A DNA stretch of 64,000 bases from Octopus vulgaris (lineage: Eukaryota). Shown piece by piece: positions 39,560-53,099 of the stretch; position 1 is the stretch's first letter, and every line of letters begins with the position of its first letter. Below the pieces are notes generated by a model that was not told the DNA's origin, searched no databases, and saw only the letters and a list, made by a program, of their open reading frames with translations. Both the position numbers and the translations under genes were made by a program. The stretch lies in NCBI GenBank assembly GCA_951406725.2, contig OX597816.1, positions 120,590,001-120,654,000 of the forward strand, given 5' to 3'.

Positions 39560-42500
39560 AGTCTTGAAACTCGCGATTTTTTGCGTATCTAGGGCTCTAC
39601 TGTCCAGTATATCGTTCTTAATTGAAGACTGTAGAGTGCGATTTAAGGAAATTTGGTTGCTATTCCTGCTGGTCAAGCGATTCGTAAAGACTCCCTTGCA
39701 GTATAATAAGCAGTGCATCAGATTGAAGATCAAATTCTAACATGAAAAACAGTATAATAGCAATTAATGAGAGCGACCAGAATAAATTTCATGCGGTTTA
39801 TAGTTATGTCTCCTCAGGAAATTGACTTCGCCTTCTTTCTATTGTCCTGGGACAATAGATAACCTTACAATAAATCACTCGGTCCGTAGCTTAGAAATAC
39901 TGGTTGACGTCCAGCGGGAACAGCTTTGTTTCATGGAGGAGGAAAGATCTTCTTTAGTACTTGGTTGTACAATGCTTTCCAATGTGTGTAGTAGTGGAGC
40001 GCGCACACATTATTAGCCATTTGAAAAGACTATGGAATTTACAATTAACTGCACCAGGGTTCCTCTTCCCCAGGGAACCAGACCTAATGGTATACCTGCG
40101 GATGTAGGTCCAGCCCCTGCTTTGCCGGGTCCTGTCTCGGATCACGTTGCACCTCCAAGGGCATCCATTGACGGTGATGCCCTCAATCTTAACAGACGGG
40201 TATCACCTGATGGAGAAGAGTCAGCTCCCAACCAAACAACACCAAACAAACACCTCATCAGCTGTAGAAATCATACGATACTCAGCACCCTCAATGCCCG
40301 CACCCTCGGCCCTCTTGGCCGTCTAGAAGAACTTGGTGCAAATGCAGAATCACATGGCATTGATATAATAGCTGTCCAAGAACACCGATTTTACCACCCT
40401 GACAACATCCTCAAATACCATCAAGTCGGTTCTTAACAACTTGTAACCTCCTCAGCATCAAAGAATACTGTTAATTCAACAGTTGGAGGTATCGGATTTC
40501 TACTTTCATCAAAAGCTAGTGATACTCTCTTGAGTATAGAGTCAATCTCACCTAGAATTATGGTGCTTGAGATAGATGGAAACCCGAAAACAACATTGGT
40601 ATGTGTGTATAGCCCACATAATTCGTCTGTGGCAGACGAGATTGAGAATTTTTATGCAATCCTTCGTTCAACCATTGAGCAAGTACCTCTCCATAATTTT
40701 CTAGTTATAGCTGGTGATCTGAATGCTAGACTAGGATCCGATGAGACCAAGTTTACTTTCAACTCTAAAACTAATCGGAACGGAGAAATGCTCAAAGACT
40801 TCTTGGAGGAATTTAATCTCTACACCTCCAGCAATTCTTTTATGAAACCAAAAGGTCAACTTTGGACATTTGAGTCCCCACTTGGTGATAGGGCACAAAT
40901 TGACTACCTCATCTTTCGAAAGAAATGGCGCAATAGTGTTAAAGACTCGAGATCCTACTCTTCCTTTAGTTCTGTCGGCTCTGACCACAGAATTGTATCA
41001 GCTACCGTTAAGCTTAGTCTTCGCTCATCCAAAAAAGCTAAGCCTCATCCGATGAAAATGATCGACTGGGAGGAAGTCTTATCTAACCCCGATATGTCCA
41101 AACAATTTACTATTGAGGTCTATAACACATTTCAATCTCTGTCTACTTCTGAAATAGACGCTGAGAACATTGAAGAAGTATACAGCAGCCTCATCAAATC
41201 AACAGAGGAAGTTGCACTGGCTACTCTTCCCAAAAGGAAGAGTAGGGGCCAGAGCAAACCTTCTAATTCCCCAAATGTCATCGAAGCCAGAAACCATCTA
41301 AAGTCTATATCACTAGCTTACCACCGTTCTCCATCCCAGTCACTGAAGATCCAACTCATAGCTGCCAAGAAGAATCTTGATGAGGCTTACTTGAACGCCG
41401 AGGTCGACTTTATCAATGGCAAAATTAGTAAACTATCCAAAGAGCACATTAGTAAAAAACACCATCTTGCCTGGAAATCCATCAAAGACCTATCAGGCAA
41501 AAATTCTGGGTCATCAATTAGAATTAAAGGGGGATCAGCTAAGAAGCGTTTAGAAAATTGGTCAACCCATTTTAAAAACCTCCTTGGGAAGAATGCCAAA
41601 ATCCCTGATAACCCCACTCTTCCAAGTGTGCCTATATCAGACACGCTGGACATCAACACCTCCCCTTTTACCATATTTGACTAACAGCAACAACCAAGCA
41701 ACTAAAAGCCTCGAAACCATTTGGTCCCGACAACATCCCAGCTATAATTTGGAAGGATGATAGATTTCACACACTTTTGCTTAACCTCTGCAACCACACA
41801 CTTTCCACCTTTGTCGCTCCAAAGATTTGGCACCAATCTCAAATCATTCCAATACCCCAAAAAAGGCGATTTATCCCTCGTCACCAACTACAGGGGTATA
41901 TCTCTAATGTCAATTGCTGCAAAACTGTACAACAAACTGATCCTAAATCGTCTTGTCCTTTTTGTTGAACCTTTGCTCCGAAAGAACCAAAATAGATTCA
42001 GACATGGGCGCTCACAGATACTATACCTACGCAGACTTATTGAAGAATCAAAAGCATTTAATCGCGATCTTGAAATGGTATTTGTAGACTTTTCTAAAGC
42101 GTTCGATTCTGTAGATAGGTTCAAGATGTTTAGAATCCTTAAGCTCTATGGGATACCAGACAAAATCATTTCTGCCATCAAGGTCCTCTACACAGATACG
42201 TCTTCAACCATCTTAACCCCTGACGGAGAAACATCATCTTTCTCAATCAAAGCCGGAATACTGCAGGGAGACATACTCGCCCCATTTCTTTTCATCATTG
42301 TTGTTGATTATGTGCTACGTATGTCAGTTGATACCATCTCTGGCAAGGGCTTTGAAATAAAACCAAGAAGAAGTTCCAGACACCCAGATGAGTACTTGAC
42401 AGACACTGACTTTGCTGACGACATCGCTCTTATCAGTGATTCTCTCTCCAATGCCCAGTCTCTTTTACAATCTCTTGAACAAGCTTCAAATTGTGTAGGT

Positions 42501-43166
42501 CTTTACCTCAATGAGGCCAAAACTGAATACATAAACAAGTGCCTGTCCAACAGTGATTGCATCATCCATACTCTCAACAATGCGCCCTTAAATATTGTTT
42601 CTGATTATAAATATCTTGGGTCATACATATCAACATCTGGAAAAGACTTTCTAACTAGAAAGGGTATGGCCTGGTCAGCCTGTAATGACATGCATAAGAT
42701 CTGGTCATCAAATCTAAGTAGAGACTTCAAACTTGAAATCTTCAAAGCCACAGTCGAACTATATGGTTCAGAAACCTGGATGTTATCAAAGAAGCTTGAG
42801 AGGCGGTTGGATGGAACCTACACTCGCCTCCTTATGAGAGCTTAAAATCTCTCGTGGAAGTGCCATCCAACCAAAATGCAAATATATGGGAAACTACCAC
42901 CTGTGTCATCTCTTGTGAAAGGTAGGAGAGTCCAGTTTGCTGGACATTGTTGTAGAGTTGAAAAAGAAGTCATTTCTACTCTTCTCCTCTGGAAGCCATC
43001 TACTCGCAATACCAGAGGGCGCACACTCTCCTACCCTGATGTAATCTCCAGGGATACAGGCATCCAGCAACAGGACCTCCGTAATGCCATGATGGACCGT
43101 GAAGTCTGGCGTAGCATGGTAAATTCCATTGTCTCGACCACGGTCGAACAATGATGATGATGATGG
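39560..43166 (+). mobile_element. Near full-length RTE/RTEX-type LINE (APE endonuclease + RT), inactivated
   Basis: TLNARTL, AVQEHR, AGDLNAR, IDYL, SDHR (APE); NYRGISL, FVDFSKAFDSV, LQGDILAPFLF, DFADDIAL, YLGS (RT); (ATG)n tail at 43151-43165; stops at 40434 and 42843, frameshifts near 41680 and 41780; 5' boundary approximate. Confidence 0.9.
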
Positions 43167-44009
43167 GACTGTTCAGACAACTAAACATCTCTAAACCACC
43201 TACGCCTCGTGGTTTATAACATCACACAAGTGATGTTATTCGAGATTGTAAGCAAATCTTAAAATTTGAAAATAACAAAAGATATTGGATTTATTAACAT
43301 ACCCTGACATTTAAACGATGCCTTTAAAAACAAACTTTGAACATCAAAGATTTTCAGTCTGCAATTTTAAAACTAAAAACAATGGTTCTTTTTTTTTTTT
43401 TTTCTTTAACGAGAAACTAATTTGGATTTGAGGATTTATGTCTGCAATGCTTTTTTCCATGTTTCGCTTGTGTTCGAAATCTGTAAATATATATTTTAAT
43501 TGCATTTGAAAACATTAGTTTGTTTTACTAACTAAAAATTTAAAGCTGTTATTTCATTTCGAATTTATTAAAGATATAATGTAATTACAATTATAGTTAT
43601 ACATTTAAGGTGCATTCGAAATATATTTTTAAATATATGCTTTAAATGTAAACAAAATATATTTATTATGCAAAACAAATTGTATTCATACATTTTAAAT
43701 GCGAACAACATGTGCTTATATACAAAACAAGATATACACTTCAAATGCAAACGATTTGCATTTCTATAAAAATACACGTGTACCTAACGCATACACACAT
43801 ATGCACAGAGAAACGCTTACACCGCTCGTTTTCCCTTTTTGAGAGAAACAACTCAAGTTTTTCTGATGATATTTATAAATTACGCAACCCAACATACATT
43901 TTGTTGTCAGGACGTTTTACCCAATTTGAAGGTTTTTTTAATATTACTGAATCCTAAAATGGAATCCATTTTATATCATATCTAGATTTCAAGATACCCA
44001 AACGTTCCA

Positions 44010-44305
44010 ATCATCTGTGGGTGAAACGCGTGGAATTTAAGATGGTCAACTTTCTCCTGTCAAAACAAAATGAATACACCAAATATCCATGCTGTTTATG
44101 TATGCGGGACAGCAGAGATAAGGGAAAACACTTGGTGATCAAAGAATGGCCGCAACGAATATAAGTTCCAGGGATGTTTAGTGTGGTTGAAGGGCTTTTT
44201 GTACAACCGGAAAAATCATCCAACTTCCACTCTATAGAAAGCTTAGTATTATGAATCAGTTCGTTAAGGCTCTGGATAAAGGTGGCGCATACTTTCACTA
44301 TGCCA
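44010..44305 (+). mobile_element. DNA transposase fragment, Chapaev3-like (CMC superfamily)
   Basis: KMVNFLL..YTKYPCCLCMRDSR..H...EWPQR..PG..MNQFVKALDKGG; family assignment from memory of the motif. Confidence 0.6.
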
Positions 44306-44603
44306 AAATAGTCGACAAAATTAGGACTTTGGTCCTAATTCCATCAGAATGGACGGCTTTGCTGGGTTTTACATTCTTGCAATACTTTTACGATATCATG
44401 TCTTTAAAGATCAAGTTATATAACGCTCTATCAAAGGATTATCCGGTGCCTGGTAGCTGTTAATCAACAATTGATAGGAAAGGCTTTTCTTCAAATGTCT
44501 GGTAGAAACCTTTGCTTTTTTATCTTTTCCATATGTATGTATATATATATATATTTATATATATATACATACATACATACATACAAACACACACGCACAC
44601 ACT

Positions 44604-44691
<88 letters not shown>

Positions 44692-45084
44692 AGTACAGGC
44701 TGCATCCATAGCATCATTATTAAAACAAATGCGACTGTGCGCCTTGCGGTAAACAAATGCAAAGGATTCTACCAGGCGTTTGAAGAAGAAAACTGCATGT
44801 CAAATAATGCTGATAAACAGCAACCACCAAGCGTTAGATAATCTTGCGATATGTGTGTGTGTGTATGTATGTATCTATGCATATATATTTGTGTGTATGT
44901 TTGCATGTATCTATGTATGTATGTGTATGTATGTATGTATGTATGTGTATACATACATGAATACGTTTATACATACTATGAATATTTATAAATATTAGAC
45001 AATTAGACAACCATTGTTGTGATGGAATTATAAGGTTGTAAAAGTATGACTCTAAAATAATTATATATATATATATATATATAC

Positions 45085-45117
<33 letters not shown>

Positions 45118-45301
45118 TTCAAATATATTTTCACTTTGGTCAATCTAGCACAACTGACATATATATATGTGTGCATGCGTGTGTGCATGTTTATATGTAT
45201 ATATGTGTATGTGTGTGTGTGTGTGTGTGTGTGTATACTTCGTTTTTTTTTTGTACCTGGATTGCAAGATTCTTTATGTGAATTCGTGTTGAAACAAATT
45301 A

Positions 45302-45574
45302 TGTTGTGTCTAGGGGAGAGTAATATTGTCTTAATACCTCATTATCTAACACAATCGTCGGTTCAATTTCCACTCATTTATTATGTATGTTTTTTCTTCC
45401 AAAATTTTCGTTGCTTTTGCAACCTTGTCAATGGATGTTGAGTCAACATCCATTGACAAGGTTACAAAATGCAATGAAAATTTTAGAAGAAAATTATAAA
45501 TAATAAGTGAGTGGAAGGCGAAACGGCATGTTAGATAAGGCACGAAAACAATATGAATGTCCCCAGACACAACA
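45302..45574. repeat. Fold-back element with perfect 21-bp central palindrome
   Basis: aaccttgtcaatggatgttga-g-tcaacatccattgacaaggtt (45421-45463); outer arms tgttgtgtctagggg / ccccagacacaaca. Confidence 0.85.
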
Positions 45575-45585
45575 CACACAAACGA

Positions 45586-45649
<64 letters not shown>

Positions 45650-46207
45650 ACATAGTGAATGAGTGTGTAAAACAGAGAGAAAGAGCGAGAGAGATGAGGT
45701 GAAGAATTTTACGATGGTCCATAAATTTTCTCATGCTGATGTTCCGTGACAAATTTTTTCACTCAATATTTGAGTATTTTTCCTGACAGAATAGACAGTA
45801 GCTTCAGAAACTCTCCTGCATCCATCAGCGATCAAAGCTTAGTCATACACTTTGGTGGGCTGCGCAGTAACACAACGAAAACCTGATAGTAAATTTCGAA
45901 CGGTGAATTCAGCAACCCCATCTGGCCAAAACAGCTACTCTGCGTTGATAAAGAGCAATTACTCATAAACTAGTCCACAGATAGTGTGTCGTATAGCCAG
46001 CTAGAAACGATCTTTCCTGGGGCTAAAACAACAGTAAGATCATCCCTTTCGCGACAGCCACATTATGTTGGTAAATAGCCTTTACTTTATATATGTATAT
46101 ATATATAAATTTATATAAATAAGGATAAGATCGTTAGTTTAAAATAAAATAACGATTTTATCAAGTGGTCAGCGTGGAAAAATTAACCTTCAAAGGTAAT
46201 AATTATT

Positions 46208-46351
46208 AAAATTATAAATTAGGGTGTCTACGAGATACCACCATGTTTTCTCTCCGAGTTGTGATATGGAAAATTAAGGTGGTTTTAGAGTCAGATCATG
46301 GCTGCTATTTTCAGCATGGTGGTATCTCGTAGATACCCTAATTTATAATTT

Positions 46352-46352
<1 letters not shown>
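46208..46352. repeat. 38-bp inverted repeat between microsatellites
   Basis: 46208-46245 vs 46315-46352, one mismatch. Confidence 0.9.
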
Positions 46353-46404
<52 letters not shown>

Positions 46405-46405
<1 letters not shown>

Positions 46406-46735
46406 AAGGTAAAGATCTCCTTCGGTCATGAATAACTATGGGATTGCACCTAGAAAGTTCCCCTCCGAGGCACAAGTCCGGGTAACGTTGTTTATGGAAG
46501 ACCAAAAGTCACCCATGCATACTTGTGTCCCCTCTCCACACCACTGATGTTATCCAAGGGAAGGGCAGACGCCAATACAGCTTGGCATTAGTGACGTCGC
46601 AATTAATTTCTTCAGCTGAGAACTGAAGCTACCTGAAATATAATGTCTTACTCAAGAGCACAACAGACAGCCCTGTCCGGGAATCGAACTCACTGCCACA
46701 TGATTGTGAGCTCGACGCTTTAACTACTGAGTCAT
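46405..46735 (-). mobile_element. SINE family B
   Basis: Reverse complement of 48471-48780. Confidence 0.8.
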
Positions 46736-46756
46736 GTGTGTATGTGTGTGTGTGTG

Positions 46757-47010
46757 AAGGTGTGTGGCCGAGTGGTCAGAGAGTGCCTCTCACGATCGCA
46801 AGATTGTGGTCCCGTAAGATCGCAAGATCGTAGTGTGTTGTGTTCTTCATTTCACGTTGCTCTAACCCTTCCAGCCGAAAATGGGATAAACCTTCGACGG
46901 ACTGGGGTTTCGTTTAAAGGGGAATGTTGGCCTGCTCGCTTAGCCAGCAAGGTAGCATCATCGAAGGGTAGAGCATTGCGAGGAAGCGCTTTGCGACCAG
47001 CCGTGTATAA
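46757..47010 (+). mobile_element. SINE with family-B-like head and a different 3' region
   Basis: gaaggtgtgtggccgagtggtcagag..gtgttgtgttctt.atttcacgttgctc, followed by sequence unlike the family B tail. Confidence 0.5.
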
Positions 47011-47139
47011 CAGCATCCAATACTCCACTCGATACAGTGATGTGCGTGTGTGTGCGTGCGTGAGTGTGTGTGCCTGTGTGCGTGAGTGTGTGTGTATGTG
47101 TTTGCGGGCATGCGTGTGCGCGCGCGCCAGCGTGATATA

Positions 47140-47280
47140 TACCATATTTATTACATTTTTCGAAATCTACTTTCAAATATGTAAGAGCAATGCCACAACT
47201 TTCTCTCGCTACATATGGAAAATAGAAGAAAGTCACATCAGGTTTAAAACATTTTAATCGATATTAACGAGTAAGACATA
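47140..47280 (+). mobile_element. PLE GIY-YIG C-terminal fragment
   Basis: SNATTFSRYIWKIE resembles the N.T.LS.YIW.LK motif. Confidence 0.45.
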
Positions 47281-47353
47281 TGTCAACGGCATCTCCTTCG
47301 TAATCGCTTTAACGAATATATATATATATATAACGAATTAAATATATATAATG

Positions 47354-47452
<99 letters not shown>

Positions 47453-47976
47453 CAAAGCGTTTCCAAGACACCAGACATATTAAATACAATCGAATGAATT
47501 AGCAAATGCTAACTGGCAAATAAATTTACTTCACTAACTTCAATAGATTATTCGAACTACATTGAGATACCGGATGCAAATCTCTGTTATATCAGAAGTA
47601 TTCTCACCACCACTCTAGTTCTAACCAGCCGCAAGTCCACAACACGATATTCCATTACCACAATATCAACAGATAGTATCGAAATTACTACTGACAAAGT
47701 ATTAGGAGTTAGCGTGGGCGGGAAATTGGATATGTATGTATGCTTAGGTGAATACACACATACATAGATACATACACAAACACACACACGATCGTTCATA
47801 CATACACTGCATGCATACGAAAATCCATGGACTTACGATGAAAGATATAAACTTGTCTTTCACTGCGTTTGAAGACTTCCGACACCAAAGTAACAAACTA
47901 ATGAAAAACAAAAGCCAAAACGATATGATGAAAATTTGCTTAAGAATCCCACTGATGTTTTGAATTCTATTATGTC

Positions 47977-48079
<103 letters not shown>

Positions 48080-48328
48080 CATGTGTGTGTAGTGCGTGCG
48101 TGTATGCATGTGAGTGTGTATGTGTGCATACACATGCGCATAGCTATTAGAAGAAAGTTACGCCAACTTAAAAACATCATAATCGATATTAACATTTAAC
48201 AATAAATATGTCAACAGCCCCATTTTTGTACTGTCCGTTCGTGTGTGTTTGTGCATCAGTACACATATACAAATGTATATAAGTACCTAAATTTATGTAC
48301 ATATAATATACATGTATACATATCCTCG

Positions 48329-48780
<452 letters not shown>

Positions 48781-48796
48781 AAAGAATATATATATA

Positions 48797-49228
48797 GGCG
48801 CAGGAGTGGCTGTGTGGTAAGTAGCTTGCTTATCAACCACATGGGTTCATTCCCACCGGGTTCATTGCATGGCAAGTGTCTTCTACTATAGCCTCGGGGC
48901 GACCAAAGCCTTATGAGTGGATTTGGTAGACGGAAACTGAGAGAAGCCCGTCGTATATATGTATATATATATATGTGTGTGTCTTTGTGTGTGTGTGTGT
49001 GTGTGTGTGTTTGTGGGTCTGTGTTTGTCCCCCCAACATCGCTTGACATCGCTTGACATCGCTTGTCACCCCAACATCGCTTGGTGTGCTTACGTCCCCG
49101 TAACTTAGCGGTTCGGCAAAAGAGAACGATAGAATAAGTACAAGGCTCCCAAAGAATAAGTCCTGGGGTCGATTTGCTCGACTAAAGGTGGTGCTCCAGC
49201 ATAGCCGCAGTCAAATGACTGAAAAAAC
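48797..49228 (+). mobile_element. SINE family A, well-preserved copy with internal catcgcttga tandem expansion
   Basis: Head ggcgcaggagtggctgtgtggtaag, internal microsatellite, tail ggtggtgctccagcatagccgcagtcaaatgactgaaa. Confidence 0.9.
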
Positions 49229-49672
49229 TATGAAGACGGGAATGATACGCAGTAATATACATCTGGAAAATCCTAGAAGAATTCGTACCAAACTTTGGCA
49301 TTGTCAGTTACACAAACAGAACTGAGCGCCACTAATTAATATCAAAAATTCCAATATTGCCATCAGAATACAGGATCAGATACTGCAACAACTTGGACTC
49401 CAAGGGTCCACAGCTCTTCAGTATCCTCCCACAAAACCTGAGAGGCCTTTATGAGATGGATGTAGGCGTTTTCAGAACCAAACTGAATATCCTCCTCACA
49501 GGAGTTCTGGATGAATCTACCTCAAGGCAAGAAACACAGATGAGGACAGCAACATCAAACTCACTCATTCTCCAAATGGTACACATCAGAGAAGCTTTAG
49601 TGAAAGTGTAGTAAAGCAAACAGCGGTGCCCCAGCGTGGCCGCAGCCCTCGGGCTGAAACTAGTAAAATAAT
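49229..49672 (+). mobile_element. CR1/L2-group LINE 3' end with 3' UTR stem-loop
   Basis: YIWKILE..VPNFGI, GPQLFSILPQNLR..VFRTKLN.LL..V.DE..SNSL; ends gcggtgccccagcgtggccgcagccctcgggctgaaac. Confidence 0.7.
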
Positions 49673-50152
49673 ACATATATAATTTATGTACATACATATA
49701 CACACACACTTGCACACACATATACACACACACACAATGCCGTACACTATCTTCATCAGCTGTTGATTGGAGATCACAGTGATTTCGCCACTCTGACAGT
49801 ATCGCTCCTTCTGTAATGCCTAAAAGCATTTATGCTACCAGTGAAAGTCCATGTTATTTTGGCCCTTATTGTAACACACCTTCTCCCTCATCATCCATCT
49901 AGTTTCCATAGTAAATTGGGTGCAGCTCTAACCATTACAACCATGCAGCAACTATTTCATTTTACTGCTTGCTAAATATTTGTTTTATGTTCCCTTTTAC
50001 AAACATCTATCGCATTTTTATCCGTTCCCACATCAGTGCTAAATCTCCATTTTGTTTTACAAACCTCCCTCATCTTCTTGTCCCACACTGAAAGTTTGCT
50101 ACTTTCAGTCTTTCTCTTCCCTTTCTCTCTTTCTTTCTCTCTCTCTCACTTG

Positions 50153-50197
<45 letters not shown>

Positions 50198-50200
50198 ATC

Positions 50201-50255
<55 letters not shown>

Positions 50256-50902
50256 CTGTCTATTTATTAATGCAAAGTTGCAACTGATTAATGCTTGTAC
50301 GCATGCCAGCTACAAACAGAAACTAATAGATATAATTATTTTAAGTTGGAAGTCAAGTTTTACGAATGCGAATTCAATTTACTGTCTTGATGAAAGATAG
50401 CCTTGGCTTTCTTATTACAAATTGCTACCACTGAAAAATAAATCCCAAGGACAGTTGCTGTACTGCATGATAAAGAATACTGTTTTGCTAATGTCAAATA
50501 TATATAGGATACTCAAAAGTTAGAATCCTTATAATCACTTTATGGCCATGTTAGTAAAACGTAAAACATTTATTTGAGGTGCTAATATAACAATGCTCAG
50601 AATTGCCAAAACTATGATAGGTGCCGATATACCATCAAGGCTCATCACAAACTTAAAATCATTTCTTCGTTATTGTATGCGCTGCAGTTCCAATATTTGG
50701 ATATTTGGATGTGGGTTTTGCTCTAGCCATTCTAGTTCCCACGCGGTGTATGAATGATTAGTTCACCTAACCATCCAATTTCCATAAATCTTTTTCAAAT
50801 TATTTTAAGAATTAGATAATTTGAAGAATGGTAGATGATATATCACAATTAGTAAGTTCAAATGAAATAGGAGTGATTTCATACTTACTTCATCTTGTGT
50901 TC

Positions 50903-51000
50903 ATCTATATTAATAAAGGCGAAATTCTGTCTGTCCGTCTGGAACTCCTGTATCTTAGTCTATATTTGCTCTATATAACATATACATTTTTGGAATCAGG
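50903..51000 (+). mobile_element. Possible Helitron 5' end
   Basis: a|TCtatattaataaag followed by ctgtctgtccgtctg, resembling non-autonomous Helitron 5' ends. Confidence 0.3.
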
Positions 51001-51388
51001 ATGATCCTGGGATTGAAAATCTACCCTTCATTTGGTTCTTGAACATCCAGCATTGGGGTCTAATTTAAAAGCATTTGTGTTGCTATTTCTTGCAGGTAAA
51101 GAAATTGTAAGAGGTTTCAATGCTATAGTACAAGAGTCACCTCCTTTAGCTTTAAGTTTTAGTAAGAAATTTAATGGTTCTTTAATCATTTCCAGTCATC
51201 AGACTGCGACCACATTGGGGAACCACCTTGAAGAATTTTAATGGAACAAATCGACACCTGTTCTTTCTTTTTTTTGTGCCTGGCACTTTTCTATTGGCTT
51301 CTTTTACCGAACCGCTAAGTTACGCGAACGTAAATACATCAACACCAGTTGTCAAGTGGTGGTGGGGGACAAACATAGACATCAAACA

Positions 51389-51436
<48 letters not shown>

Positions 51437-51739
51437 TATGTATGTATATATGTATGTATGCATGTGTGTATACGTTATTCAAATTTAAAAAAAAAACTCC
51501 AAAACTTTGTGAACTTACAAATTTTTCATTTAAACTGAATTTAATTCAATACCCTATTGGTAGGGTACCAATAAAAGCCTTATAATTATTGTTCCCTATC
51601 ATTTTGGGCCCAATTATCCCTCCACAGGAACTAGCTTGAAAGTCCACACGGACTGCAGCTTTTAAGCTAGTATTTAATATGCTTGAATTTGATATATATC
51701 ATACAAATTAAACTACGAAATATATAATCAATATTAATT

Positions 51740-51950
51740 TTCAAATTTTGGTACAGGACAACAATTTCGGAGAAGGGGATAAGTCGATTGCATCGACCTC
51801 AGCACTCAACTGCTACTTATTTTATCAACCCCAAACGGATGAAAGGCAAAGTCGACCTCGGCGGAATTTGATCTCGGAGCGTAAAGGCGGGTGAAATGCC
51901 GCTAAGCATATTGTCCGGCGTGCTAACGGTTCTGTTTGCTCGCTGCCTTA
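51740..51950 (-). mobile_element. SINE family C
   Basis: ggatgaaaggcaaagtcgacctcggcggaatttga..gtccggcgtgctaacg..ctcgctgcc. Confidence 0.85.
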
Positions 51951-52944
51951 TAATATATTATCTATTTTGAGCAACTATCTGTTGCACAGTGAATTAGACA
52001 CCGTACCACGCATGTATTGAAAAAGAATATCAATTCTTACATGAAAGATAACTTTTCATTAGTAATGAAATATCATCCTGCTAAACCGGATATGCATTCA
52101 TTAAAACAATTCTAGGCAATTTATAGCTACTCTTTCGCCTGGGCAACGCTGCACTAAGTATTCTGCTAGTGCATGCGCGCGCTTGTGTGTGAAAATGTAG
52201 TAATGCTACGACAGTAATAGTTAATTTACATCTTTCATAAGAAGATTTACTCTTTGTAATTTCTGTAGCTGGGAGTTGTGGTGAACGGCTTTGACAAGTC
52301 TTAAAAATACGAAACAAACGTTGATCGAATCTTCATCCTCAGCTACAGAAGACCCTGTCACCAGTTTAAATATTTTCATATCAAGAATAGATACATATTT
52401 ATAAAATATATCGTAAATAATTTTACGTATTCAATCAACACAATGCTGTGCTGGAGATTTTGTGAATTAATTTCGTCCGTCAAACATGCATTATGAAATA
52501 GTTCATAGTTGTAATGGTAATAATTTTTCCAAGCCAGCTTCAGGTTGCATTATCAAATTTGCACTCTTGGAATCTTAAAATTTAATAGCTCGCCACAGCG
52601 TCGCTAGTGAAAGTAAAGTTGGTGGTGTGAGAGGATAATGAAAATAGAAAGGAAAATGCGTATATTTGGAAGCGGGTATAATAAAGAGACAGAAAGGTGA
52701 GAAAACAAGAGAGAGAGGGGAGAATAGAGAAAGCGAGAGAGAGAGAGGAAGAGAGATACATGCGGTCGAAGATTGACACATATTTCATATATAAATGCAG
52801 AATAAAGTCGTATACTCAGCCTGAGGCAACCGTAATAATAACACTAGATTTTCACCTGTAGAAAACTTAATATTTAGCTGTCGAGCACAGTGAAGCACGT
52901 TCGCTGGACTTTACCATCGGAAAGCAAATAAATTTCAAGTTCTG

Positions 52945-53080
<136 letters not shown>

Positions 53081-53099
53081 GACAATAATAATTAGGAAC

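Noticed and set aside
43216-43760. 10-bp hairpin and loose ttaaatgcaaac periodicity
   Set aside because: Expected by chance in very AT-rich sequence; no consistent unit length
49035-49083. CRISPR-like short repeats
   Set aside because: Slippage duplication of catcgcttga inside a SINE; no spacers and a eukaryotic context
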